The notes below the pieces were generated by a model, which did no database searches, was not told where the DNA came from, and worked only from the letters and a program-made list of their open reading frames with translations. Position numbers and translations under genes: made by a program. A stretch of DNA of 64,000 nt, taken from NCBI RefSeq assembly GCF_003334335.1, contig NZ_QOWQ01000014.1. One strand, written 5' to 3'. The DNA is from Escherichia coli. Lineage in GTDB: Bacteria > Pseudomonadota > Gammaproteobacteria > Enterobacterales > Enterobacteriaceae. Positions 35,252 through 44,800 of the stretch are shown here, in pieces (the first letter of the stretch is position 1; every line of letters begins with the position of its first letter).

Positions 35252-37102
35252 ATGGCCTTATTACAAATTAGTGAACCTGGTTTGAGTGCTGCGCCGCATC
35301 AGCGTCGTCTGGCGGCCGGTATTGACCTGGGCACAACCAACTCGCTGGTGGCGACAGTGCGCAGCGGTCAGGCCGAAACGTTAGCCGATCATGAAGGCCG
35401 TCACCTGCTGCCATCTGTTGTTCACTATCAACAGCAAGGGCATTCGGTGGGTTATGACGCGCGTACTAATGCAGCGCTCGATACCGCCAACACAATTAGT
35501 TCTGTTAAACGCCTGATGGGACGCTCGCTGGCTGATATCCAGCAACGCTATCCGCATCTGCCTTATCAATTCCAGGCCAGCGAAAACGGCCTGCCGATGA
35601 TTGAAACGGCGGCGGGGCTGCTGAACCCGGTGCGCGTTTCTGCGGACATCCTCAAAGCACTGGCGGCGCGGGCAACTGAAGCCCTGGCAGGCGAGCTGGA
35701 TGGTGTAGTTATCACCGTTCCGGCGTACTTTGACGATGCCCAGCGTCAGGGCACCAAAGACGCGGCGCGTCTGGCGGGCCTTCACGTCCTGCGCTTACTT
35801 AACGAACCGACCGCTGCGGCTATCGCCTACGGGCTGGATTCCGGTCAGGAAGGCGTGATCGCCGTTTATGACCTCGGTGGCGGGACGTTTGATATTTCCA
35901 TTCTGCGCTTAAGTCGCGGCGTGTTTGAAGTGCTGGCAACCGGCGGTGATTCCGCGCTCGGCGGCGATGATTTCGACCATCTGCTGGCGGATTACATTCG
36001 CGAGCAGGCGGGCATTCCTGATCGTAGCGATAACCGCGTTCAGCGTGAACTGCTGGATGCCGCCATTGCAGCCAAAATCGCGCTGAGCGATGCGGACTCC
36101 GTGACCGTTAACGTTGCGGGCTGGCAGGGCGAAATCAGCCGTGAACAATTCAATGAACTGATCGCGCCACTGGTAAAACGAACCTTACTGGCTTGTCGTC
36201 GCGCGCTGAAAGACGCGGGTGTAGAAGCTGATGAAGTGCTGGAAGTGGTGATGGTGGGCGGTTCTACTCGCGTGCCGCTGGTGCGTGAACGGGTAGGCGA
36301 ATTTTTCGGTCGTCCACCGCTGACTTCCATCGACCCGGATAAAGTCGTCGCTATTGGCGCGGCGATTCAGGCGGATATTCTGGTGGGTAACAAGCCAGAC
36401 AGCGAAATGCTGTTGCTTGATGTGATCCCACTGTCGCTGGGCCTCGAAACGATGGGCGGCCTGGTGGAGAAAGTGATTCCGCGTAATACCACTATTCCGG
36501 TGGCCCGCGCTCAGGATTTCACCACCTTTAAAGATGGTCAGACGGCGATGTCTATCCATGTAATGCAGGGTGAGCGCGAACTGGTGCAGGACTGCCGCTC
36601 ACTGGCGCGTTTTGCGCTGCGTGGTATTCCGGCGCTACCGGCTGGCGGTGCGCATATTCGCGTGACGTTCCAGGTCGATGCCGACGGTCTTTTGAGCGTG
36701 ACGGCGATGGAGAAATCCACCGGCGTTGAGGCGTCTATTCAGGTCAAACCGTCTTACGGTCTGACCGATAGCGAAATCGCTTCGATGATCAAAGACTCAA
36801 TGAGCTATGCCGAGCAGGACGTAAAAGCCCGAATGCTGGCAGAACAAAAAGTAGAAGCGGCGCGTGTGCTGGAAAGTCTGCACGGCGCGCTGGCTGCTGA
36901 TGCCGCGCTGTTAAGCGCCGCAGAACGTCAGGTCATTGACGATGCTGCCGCTCACCTGAGTGAAGTGGCGCAGGGCGATGATGTTGACGCCATCGAACAA
37001 GCGATTAAAAACGTAGACAAACAAACCCAGGATTTCGCCGCTCGCCGCATGGACCAGTCGGTTCGTCGTGCGCTGAAAGGCCATTCCGTGGACGAGGTTT
37101 AA
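35252..37102 (+). CDS. hscA: Hsp70-type chaperone for Fe-S assembly
   Basis: ORF track 35198..37102; start ATG 35252 ([10 protein letters not shown]...); Hsp70 signatures [16 protein letters not shown]. Confidence 0.95.
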
Positions 37103-37103
37103 T

Positions 37104-37439
37104 ATGCCAAAGATTGTTATTTTGCCTCATCAGGATCTCTGCCCTGATGGCGCTGTTCTGGAAGCTAATAGCGGTGAAACCATTCTCGACGCAGCTCTGC
37201 GTAACGGTATCGAGATTGAACACGCCTGTGAAAAATCCTGTGCTTGCACCACCTGCCACTGCATCGTTCGTGAAGGTTTTGACTCACTGCCGGAAAGCTC
37301 AGAGCAGGAAGACGACATGCTGGACAAAGCCTGGGGACTGGAGCCGGAAAGCCGTTTAAGCTGCCAGGCGCGCGTTACCGACGAAGATTTAGTAGTCGAA
37401 ATCCCGCGTTACACTATCAACCATGCGCGTGAGCATTAA
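37104..37439 (+). CDS. fdx: [2Fe-2S] ferredoxin (adrenodoxin-type)
   Basis: 111 aa with cluster cysteines ([12 protein letters not shown]); start 1 nt after the hscA stop. Confidence 0.95.
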
Positions 37440-37450
37440 CAGAGGTTAGT

Positions 37451-37651
37451 ATGGGACTTAAGTGGACCGATAGCCGCGAAATTGGCGAAGCACTGTACGA
37501 TGCGTATCCCGATCTTGATCCGAAAACGGTTCGATTCACCGATATGCATCAGTGGATTTGCGATCTGGAAGATTTCGACGACGACCCGCAGGCATCCAAC
37601 GAGAAAATCCTCGAAGCGATTTTGTTAGTCTGGCTGGACGAGGCCGAATAA
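37451..37651 (+). CDS. iscX: small acidic Fe-S assembly protein IscX (YfhJ)
   Basis: 66-aa acidic ORF directly after fdx. Confidence 0.9.
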
Positions 37652-37828
37652 TTTCCGCGTCATGCTTCACGCCGCAGATGCGTTGGCTGCGCTCGTTCAC
37701 CCCAGTCACATAGTTATCTATGCTCCTGGGGCTTCACTCACTTGCCGCCTTCCTGCAACGCGAATCATTTAGCGGAAAAATCCTGGGGCTGCCAACTGGC
37801 GGCCCTTTTACAAAGAAGGATAACTAAA

Positions 37829-39112
37829 ATGACAGAAGCGATGAAGATTACCCTCTCTACCCAACCTGCCGACGCGCGCTGGGGAGAAAAAGCAACTTAC
37901 AGCATTAATAATGACGGCATTACCCTGCATTTGAACGGGGCAGACGATCTGGGGCTGATCCAGCGTGCGGCGCGCAAGATTGACGGTCTGGGCATCAAGC
38001 ATGTTCAGTTAAGCGGTGAAGGCTGGGATGCGGATCGCTGCTGGGCATTCTGGCAAGGTTACAAAGCCCCGAAAGGCACGCGTAAAGTGGTGTGGCCGGA
38101 TCTGGACGATGCCCAGCGCCAGGAACTGGATAACCGCCTGATGATCATCGACTGGGTGCGTGACACCATCAACGCACCGGCAGAAGAATTGGGACCATCG
38201 CAACTGGCACAGCGTGCTGTTGATCTGATCAGCAACGTCGCGGGCGATCGTGTGACTTATCGGATCACCAAAGGCGAAGATCTGCGTGAGCAAGGTTATA
38301 TGGGGCTGCACACAGTCGGACGCGGTTCAGAACGTTCTCCGGTATTGCTGGCGCTGGATTACAACCCAACTGGCGATAAAGAAGCGCCAGTGTACGCGTG
38401 CCTGGTAGGTAAAGGTATCACTTTTGACTCCGGCGGCTACAGCATCAAACAGACTGCGTTTATGGACTCGATGAAGTCGGACATGGGCGGCGCGGCAACG
38501 GTTACCGGGGCGCTGGCATTTGCCATTACGCGCGGACTGAACAAGCGCGTGAAGCTGTTCCTCTGCTGTGCGGATAACCTGATTAGCGGCAATGCGTTCA
38601 AGCTGGGCGATATCATCACCTATCGCAACGGTAAAAAAGTTGAAGTGATGAACACTGATGCCGAAGGGCGTCTGGTGCTTGCCGATGGTCTGATTGATGC
38701 CAGTGCGCAGAAACCGGAAATGATCATTGATGCGGCGACCCTCACCGGGGTGGCGAAAACTGCGCTGGGTAATGATTATCACGCGCTGTTCAGTTTTGAC
38801 GATGCGCTGGCCGGTCGCTTGCTGGCGAGTGCCGCGCAGGAGAACGAACCGTTCTGGCGTCTGCCGCTGGCGGAGTTCCACCGCAGCCAGCTGCCGTCTA
38901 ACTTTGCCGAACTGAACAATACCGGAAGCGCGGCGTATCCGGCAGGCGCGAGCACGGCGGCGGGCTTCCTGTCGCACTTTGTTGAGAACTATCAGCAAGG
39001 CTGGCTGCATATCGACTGCTCGGCGACTTACCGTAAAGCGCCGGTTGAACAGTGGTCTGCGGGCGCTACGGGACTTGGTGTGCGCACGATAGCTAATCTG
39101 TTAACGGCGTAA
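37829..39112 (+). CDS. pepB: aminopeptidase B (M17 leucyl aminopeptidase family)
   Basis: ORF track 37742..39112; start ATG 37829 after an AAGGA-like RBS; M17 motif NTDAEGRL. Confidence 0.9.
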   Translation: MTEAMKITLSTQPADARWGEKATYSINNDGITLHLNGADDLGLIQRAARKIDGLGIKHVQLSGEGWDADRCWAFWQGYKAPKGTRKVVWPDLDDAQRQELDNRLMIIDWVRDTINAPAEELGPSQLAQRAVDLISNVAGDRVTYRITKGEDLREQGYMGLHTVGRGSERSPVLLALDYNPTGDKEAPVYACLVGKGITFDSGGYSIKQTAFMDSMKSDMGGAATVTGALAFAITRGLNKRVKLFLCCADNLISGNAFKLGDIITYRNGKKVEVMNTDAEGRLVLADGLIDASAQKPEMIIDAATLTGVAKTALGNDYHALFSFDDALAGRLLASAAQENEPFWRLPLAEFHRSQLPSNFAELNNTGSAAYPAGASTAAGFLSHFVENYQQGWLHIDCSATYRKAPVEQWSAGATGLGVRTIANLLTA

Positions 39113-39120
39113 ACTAATAT

Positions 39121-39216
<96 letters not shown>

Positions 39217-39253
39217 CATTTGCGCCCCGAACGTTGAATGAATTGTGGTTCTT

Positions 39254-40030
39254 ATGTCCGAAACAAAAAACGAACTTGAAGACCTGCTGGAAAAAGCAGC
39301 AACTGAACCGGCGCACCGCCCGGCCTTTTTCCGTACTCTACTGGAATCCACCGTCTGGGTGCCTGGTACGGCGGCGCAGGGCGAGGCTGTGGTTGAAGAT
39401 AGCGCGCTTGATTTACAGCACTGGGAAAAAGAAGACGGCACCAGCGTCATTCCTTTTTTCACCTCGTTAGAAGCACTTCAACAGGCGGTTGAAGACGAAC
39501 AGGCATTTGTCGTAATGCCCGTTCGCACGCTGTTTGAGATGACACTTGGCGAAACGCTCTTCCTTAATGCCAAAATGCCAACCGGTAAAGAATTTATGCC
39601 GCGTGAAATCAGTTTGTTGATTGGTGAAGAGGGAAATCCGCTGAGCAGCCAGGAAATCCTGGAAGGCGGTGAATCGCTGATATTATCGGAAGTCGCAGAG
39701 CCGCCAGCACAAATGATTGATTCACTCACCACCTTATTTAAAACCATTAAGCCGGTGAAGCGTGCTTTTATTTGTTCAATTAAAGAGAACGAAGAGGCAC
39801 AGCCTAATTTACTTATTGGCATTGAAGCCGATGGTGATATCGAAGAAATTATTCAGGCGACGGGAAGTGTAGCGACCGATACATTACCTGGCGATGAACC
39901 AATCGATATTTGTCAGGTGAAAAAAGGGGAAAAAGGAATTAGCCACTTTATTACCGAACATATTGCGCCATTCTATGAACGTCGCTGGGGTGGTTTTTTG
40001 CGTGACTTTAAACAGAATCGGATAATCTAA
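39254..40030 (+). CDS. sseB: SseB (acidic protein of unknown function, DUF-type)
   Basis: ORF track 39245..40030; start ATG 39254 (MSETKNELEDLL...). Confidence 0.85.
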   Translation: MSETKNELEDLLEKAATEPAHRPAFFRTLLESTVWVPGTAAQGEAVVEDSALDLQHWEKEDGTSVIPFFTSLEALQQAVEDEQAFVVMPVRTLFEMTLGETLFLNAKMPTGKEFMPREISLLIGEEGNPLSSQEILEGGESLILSEVAEPPAQMIDSLTTLFKTIKPVKRAFICSIKENEEAQPNLLIGIEADGDIEEIIQATGSVATDTLPGDEPIDICQVKKGEKGISHFITEHIAPFYERRWGGFLRDFKQNRII

Positions 40031-40054
40031 AATATGCCGCCCAAAGGGCGGCAT
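40027..40054 (-). terminator. intrinsic terminator oriented for a minus-strand transcript ending next to the sseB stop
   Basis: 9-bp GC hairpin atgccgccc/gggcggcat (40034-40054) followed on the minus strand by AUUUUA (plus coordinates 40028-40033); no U-tract on the plus strand. Confidence 0.55.
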
Positions 40055-40060
40055 TCGGGC

Positions 40061-40186
40061 TTACTTGCTGCTCTGAAGGTTGTTAACCACCAGTAAATTG
40101 TCGCCGGAGAGACTCCGGTTATTATTTACCTCGGTTAACAGCGCACCAGAAACAATAAGTACGATACAAAAGCACCGTATCTTCAT
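40061..40186 (-). CDS. candidate small protein (41 aa) with hydrophobic N-terminal segment
   Basis: Minus-strand ATG at 40184-40186, TAA at 40061-40063; MKIRCFCIVLIVSGALLTEVNNNRSLSGDNLLVVNNLQSSK; stop lies 6 nt before the terminator hairpin; weak SD; below the 60-aa cutoff of the ORF track. Confidence 0.35.
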   Translation of the reverse strand: MKIRCFCIVLIVSGALLTEVNNNRSLSGDNLLVVNNLQSSK

Positions 40187-40210
40187 TGTGCGGTCCATGC
40201 GAAGACCGCA

Positions 40211-40285
40211 TCACGACAGCACCACTGGCGATATTGCCGCGATAGCAAGCGCTGTGAAACACCTGCATTTACGGCCACGGAACAT
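40211..40285 (-). CDS. candidate small protein (24 aa) with basic N-terminus and hydrophobic C-terminus
   Basis: Minus-strand ATG at 40283-40285 preceded by AGGAAAGG Shine-Dalgarno, TGA at 40211-40213; MFRGRKCRCFTALAIAAISPVVLS. Confidence 0.3.
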   Translation of the reverse strand: MFRGRKCRCFTALAIAAISPVVLS

Positions 40286-40317
40286 CCTTTCCTAAAGCCA
40301 GCGCCCGTTTGCGAGAC

Positions 40318-40513
40318 GGCGGAAAGGGCCGCAGTGGATAATACACTAACAGAACAATAATAACTCTCTTTTGCTTGACAAAAAGAGAGTTACTGGCGAG
40401 TATTGTCTCCGCTGAGACGCGCTTGCATTACTACGGTAATACAACCTGCTGGAAAGGCCGCGAACCGGACCAGCAACAAAAAACCGCCTGATTTTGGCGG
40501 TTTTTTGTTTTTT
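40318..40513. repeat. tandem module copy 1 (palindrome with promoter hexamers + bidirectional terminator)
   Basis: ggcggaaagggcc...taactctcttttgcttgacaaaaagagagtta (perfect 12-bp stem 40361-40372 / 40381-40392) ...ctgctggaaaggccgcgaacc...aaaaaaccgcctgattttggcggtttttt; about 80-85 percent identical to copy 2. Confidence 0.85.
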
Positions 40514-40668
40514 AAAGGAAAGTGAATTTACATGTTTAAGTAATATCTTTTACCGGTTAGAATTTTTAATTTTGAGCAGGATTTGTTTATATTTGTCTGA
40601 ATTCGGACTAATAAGCCAGGTTATTTTATTACCGAACACGGCGGAAAGGGCCGGTGTCGATAATACGC
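40478..40668 (-). ncRNA. predicted second (sibling) minus-strand transcript driven by module copy 2
   Basis: Same TTGTCA-16-TATTGT hexamers conserved in copy 2 (plus 40698-40703 and 40676-40681); would terminate at the copy-1 terminator (40478-40506); no ORF longer than a few codons; AT-rich body. Confidence 0.3.
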
Positions 40669-40831
40669 TAAATAAACAATAATTACTCTCTTTTGCTTGA
40701 CAAAAAGAGAGTTACTGGTGAGTATTGTTTTGCTGTGAAGCACCTGCGTTGCTCATGTAACACAAGTCAACCTGCTGGAAAGGCCGCGAACCAGACTAGC
40801 AATAAAAAACCGCCAAATTCGGCGGTTTTTT
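40640..40831. repeat. tandem module copy 2; its terminator also serves sseA
   Basis: ggcggaaagggccggtgtcgataatacgctaaataaacaataattactctcttttgcttgacaaaaagagagtta...aaaaaaccgccaaattcggcggtttttt; terminator stem conserved but loop differs from copy 1; period between copies 322 bp. Confidence 0.85.
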
Positions 40832-40847
40832 ATTGCCTGTAAAATAC

Positions 40848-41693
40848 TTATTTCACTGGCTCAACCGGTAAATCTGCCCGCGCGCCCCATTCACTCCATG
40901 CGCCGTCGTACAGTTTCACGTTTGGCACATCCAGCGTCGCGAGTGCTAACAAAACCACGGCTGCCGTTACACCAGAGCCGCAGCTGACGATAATTGGTTT
41001 GTCGTAGCTGACGCCGCGACCAAAAAATATCGCATCCAGTTCATCGGTCGTTTTTAGTTCGCCTTCGCGCACCAGTTCCGTCCACGGAACATTCAGTGCT
41101 CCGGGAATATGTCCGCGACGTAAACCTGGGCGAGGTTCATCAACTTCTGCGTTAAAACGTGCAGCCGGGCGGGCATCAATAATTTGCGCCGTATTTTCAT
41201 GGCTTGCCAATAATACATCGGTTACTTTCACCACGGCTTCAGGATTAAACGCGGCGTTAAACTCTCCTTCCGGCAGCTCTACTGCACCTTCTTCTAACAG
41301 CAGATCATCGCGCTGCCAGCCTGCAAGTCCACCCCCCAGAATCGACACTTTCTCTACACCAAAGGTGCGCAGCATCCACCATGCTCGTGGGGCTGAGAAA
41401 AGATTACCTTCGTCATAGACAATCAGGTGCTTATCCTGGTTAACGCCTAATTCACGCATCGCCACGGCGAACGTTTCCGGGCGCGGCAGCATGTGCGGAA
41501 GCGGGGAAGTGTGATCAGAAAGCGCTTCGATATCAAAAAACACTGCGCCGGGAATATGTCCATTCAGATACTCCTGAGCAACGTTACGATCCTCCTGTCC
41601 AGGCGACGCCATGCGGGCATCGATAATCTGAATTTCCGGGTCATCAATATGTTCGGCGAGCCAGTCGGCTCCTACAAACCATGTCGTGGACAT
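40848..41693 (-). CDS. sseA: 3-mercaptopyruvate sulfurtransferase (tandem rhodanese domains)
   Basis: ORF track 40848..41852 (-); start taken at ATG 41691-41693 (MSTTWFVGADWL..., 281 aa); active-site cysteine motif CGSGVTA. Confidence 0.9.
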   Translation of the reverse strand: MSTTWFVGADWLAEHIDDPEIQIIDARMASPGQEDRNVAQEYLNGHIPGAVFFDIEALSDHTSPLPHMLPRPETFAVAMRELGVNQDKHLIVYDEGNLFSAPRAWWMLRTFGVEKVSILGGGLAGWQRDDLLLEEGAVELPEGEFNAAFNPEAVVKVTDVLLASHENTAQIIDARPAARFNAEVDEPRPGLRRGHIPGALNVPWTELVREGELKTTDELDAIFFGRGVSYDKPIIVSCGSGVTAAVVLLALATLDVPNVKLYDGAWSEWGARADLPVEPVK

Positions 41694-41899
41694 AGGCATC
41701 TCCATTTTTGCCGGGGTTAGGCTAAATTGTCGGATGTTTAGTGAAAAGCGACAAGCAAAAGAGGCTGATTTGGCTGTCTGAGCCACAATTCTCACTAAAA
41801 TTCGGATTGTATGGGCGTGATACTGAATTACATAACGTAAATTCTCACGCATAATAATTATTCGACGTTGCTAACGGGCCATTGTGGCAGGGATGAAAA

Positions 41900-44800
41900 A
41901 TGAAAAAGTTACGCGTAGCCGCCTGCATGCTAATGCTGGCGCTGGCAGGGTGCGACAACAACGATAACGCGCCAACAGCGGTGAAAAAAGATGCGCCTTC
42001 TGAAGTTACTAAAGCGGCCTCTTCAGAAAACGCGAGTTCAGCAAAACTCTCCGTGCCGGAGAGACAAAAACTGGCCCAACAGAGTGCCGGTAAGGTGCTG
42101 ACATTGCTGGATCTCTCTGAAGTCCAACTTGATGGTGCAGCCACGCTGGTGCTGACGTTCTCCATCCCTCTCGACCCGGATCAGGATTTCTCACGCGTTA
42201 TTCATGTCGTCGATAAAAAAAGCGGCAAAGTGGATGGTGCCTGGGAGCTGTCAGATAATCTTAAAGAGTTACGTTTACGCCACCTCGAACCGAAACGTGA
42301 TTTGATCGTTACTATTGGCAAGGAGGTCAAAGCACTCAACAACGCAACCTTCAGTAAAGATTACGAAAAAACTATAACTACCCGCGACATCCAACCCAGC
42401 GTCGGTTTTGCCAGCCGTGGTTCGCTGCTGCCTGGCAAAGTCGTTGAAGGGCTGCCGGTAATGGCGCTCAACGTTAATAATGTCGATGTTAACTTCTTCC
42501 GCGTTAAGCCAGAATCTCTGCCAGCATTCATTAGCCAATGGGAATACCGCAATTCGCTGGCGAACTGGCAGTCAGACAAACTGCTGCAGATGGCGGATCT
42601 GGTCTACACCGGACGGTTTGATCTCAATCCTGCGCGTAACACCCGTGAAAAATTATTGCTGCCGCTGGGCGATATCAAACCGCTTCAGCAGGCGGGCGTG
42701 TATCTGGCTGTGATGAATCAGGCTGGACGTTACGATTACAGTAATCCCGCGACGCTGTTTACGTTAAGTGATATCGGCGTTTCAGCTCACCGTTATCACA
42801 ATCGTCTGGATATCTTTACCCAAAGTCTGGAAAACGGCGCGGCCCAGCAAGGAATTGAAGTCTCTTTATTAAATGAGAAAGGGCAGACTCTGACTCAGGC
42901 AACCAGTGACGCTCAGGGGCATGTGCAGCTGGAAAATGATAAAAACGCGGCATTACTGTTGGCGCGTAAAGACGGTCAGACAACGCTACTCGATTTAAAA
43001 CTTCCGGCGCTGGACTTAGCAGAATTTAACATTGCTGGCGCGCCAGGCTATAGCAAACAGTTTTTCATGTTTGGCCCACGCGATCTTTATCGCCCAGGTG
43101 AAACGGTAATCCTCAATGGTTTGCTGCGTGATGCAGACGGTAAAGCGTTGCCCAATCAACCCATCAAGTTAGACGTGATTAAACCCGATGGGCAGGTACT
43201 CAGGAGCGTCGTTAGTCAGCCGGAGAATGGCCTCTACCACTTTACCTGGCCACTCGATAGCAATGCGGCAACCGGTATGTGGCATATTCGCGCTAACACG
43301 GGCGATAATCAGTATCGGATGTGGGATTTCCACGTCGAAGATTTTATGCCAGAGCGCATGGCGCTGAATCTGACCGGTGAGAAAACCCCGCTAACGCCGA
43401 AAGATGAAGTGAAATTCTCCGTGGTGGGGTACTACCTGTATGGTGCACCTGCTAATGGTAATACTTTGCAAGGGCAACTTTTCCTGCGCCCACTGCGTGA
43501 AGCTGTGTCAGCCTTACCTGGTTTTGAATTCGGCGATATAGCTGCCGAAAATCTTTCCCGCACGCTGGATGAAGTTCAGTTGACGCTGGATGATAAAGGG
43601 CGCGGCGAAGTTTCTACAGAAAGCCAGTGGAAGGAAACGCATTCCCCATTACAGGTTATTTTCCAGGGTAGTTTGCTGGAATCGGGCGGTCGCCCGGTGA
43701 CGCGCCGCGCTGAGCAGGCTATCTGGCCTGCCGATGCATTGCCGGGGATCCGTCCGCAGTTCGCCTCGAAATCGGTTTACGATTATCGTACTGACAGCAC
43801 GGTGAAACAGCCCATTGTTGATGAAGGCAGTAACGCCGCTTTTGACATCGTTTATAGCGATGCGCAAGGCGTGAAAAAAGCCGTGTCGGGCTTGCAGGTG
43901 CGCCTGATTCGCGAACGCCGCGATTACTACTGGAACTGGTCAGAAGATGAAGGCTGGCAGTCACAGTTTGATCAAAAAGATCTGATCGAAAATGAACAAA
44001 CTCTGGATCTGAAAGCGGACGAAACCGGCAAGGTCAGTTTTCCGGTAGAGTGGGGCGCTTATCGTCTGGAAGTCAAAGCGCCGAATGAAGCGGTCAGTAG
44101 TGTTCGTTTCTGGGCTGGCTATAGCTGGCAGGACAACAGCGACGGTAGCGGCGCAGTGCGACCCGACCGTGTCACGCTGAAACTGGATAAAGCCAGTTAT
44201 CGCCCTGGCGACACCATTAAGTTGCATATCGCCGCGCCAACGGCGGGTAAAGGTTATGCGATGGTCGAGTCCAGTGAAGGGCCGCTGTGGTGGCAAGAGA
44301 TTGATGTTCGGGCTCAAGGGCTGGATCTGACGATTCCGGTCGATAAAACCTGGAATCGTCATGATCTGTATTTAAGTACGCTGGTGGTACGTCCTGGCGA
44401 TAAATCTCGCTCCGCGACGCCAAAACGCGCGGTTGGTGTGTTGCATCTGCCGCTTGGCGATGAAAACCGTCGCCTCGATCTGGCGCTGGAAACACCAGCA
44501 AAAATGCGTCCCAATCAACCATTAACCGTGAAAATTAAAGCCAGCACTAAAAATGGCGAGAAGCCTAAACAGGTGAATGTGCTGGTGTCTGCCGTTGATA
44601 GTGGTGTGCTGAATATTACTGACTACGTCACGCCAGATCCGTGGCAGGCGTTCTTTGGTCAGAAACGCTATGGCGCAGACATTTACGATATTTACGGTCA
44701 GGTTATTGAAGGTCAGGGGCGTCTGGCAGCTCTGCGTTTCGGTGGCGATGGTGATGAGCTGAAACGTGGTGGTAAACCGCCGGTCAATCACGTCAATATT

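Larger units (their letters stand above)
40027..40346 (-). ncRNA. ryfA: ryfA-like transcript (sRNA / small-protein mRNA) predicted from promoter and terminator
   Basis: Minus-strand -35 TTGTCA (plus 40376-40381), 16-bp spacer, -10 TATTGT (plus 40354-40359), predicted start near 40346; terminator at 40027-40054; length ~320 nt. Position matches where ryfA is annotated between sseA and sseB in E. coli. Boundaries inferred, not measured. Confidence 0.45.

Noticed and set aside
40375-40406. Possible plus-strand promoter (TTGACA ... TATTGT) within the module palindrome, which would make the modules plus-strand sRNA genes
   Set aside because: Spacer is 20 bp, too long for sigma70; the minus-strand arrangement (TTGTCA, 16 bp, TATTGT) is conserved in both copies and better explains the terminator orientation at 40027-40054. 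Not fully excluded
40494-40682. 62-aa plus-strand ORF spanning the AT-rich spacer between the two tandem modules
   Set aside because: Runs through a bidirectional terminator and AT-rich spacer, has no RBS, and the frame is not maintained between the two repeat copies; more likely non-coding
40318-40831. Whether the tandem repeats could be a degenerate CRISPR array or an IS remnant
   Set aside because: Only two long (~195 nt) units with a non-repetitive 127-nt spacer, no short 28-37 nt repeat periodicity, no cas genes and no terminal inverted repeats or transposase ORF
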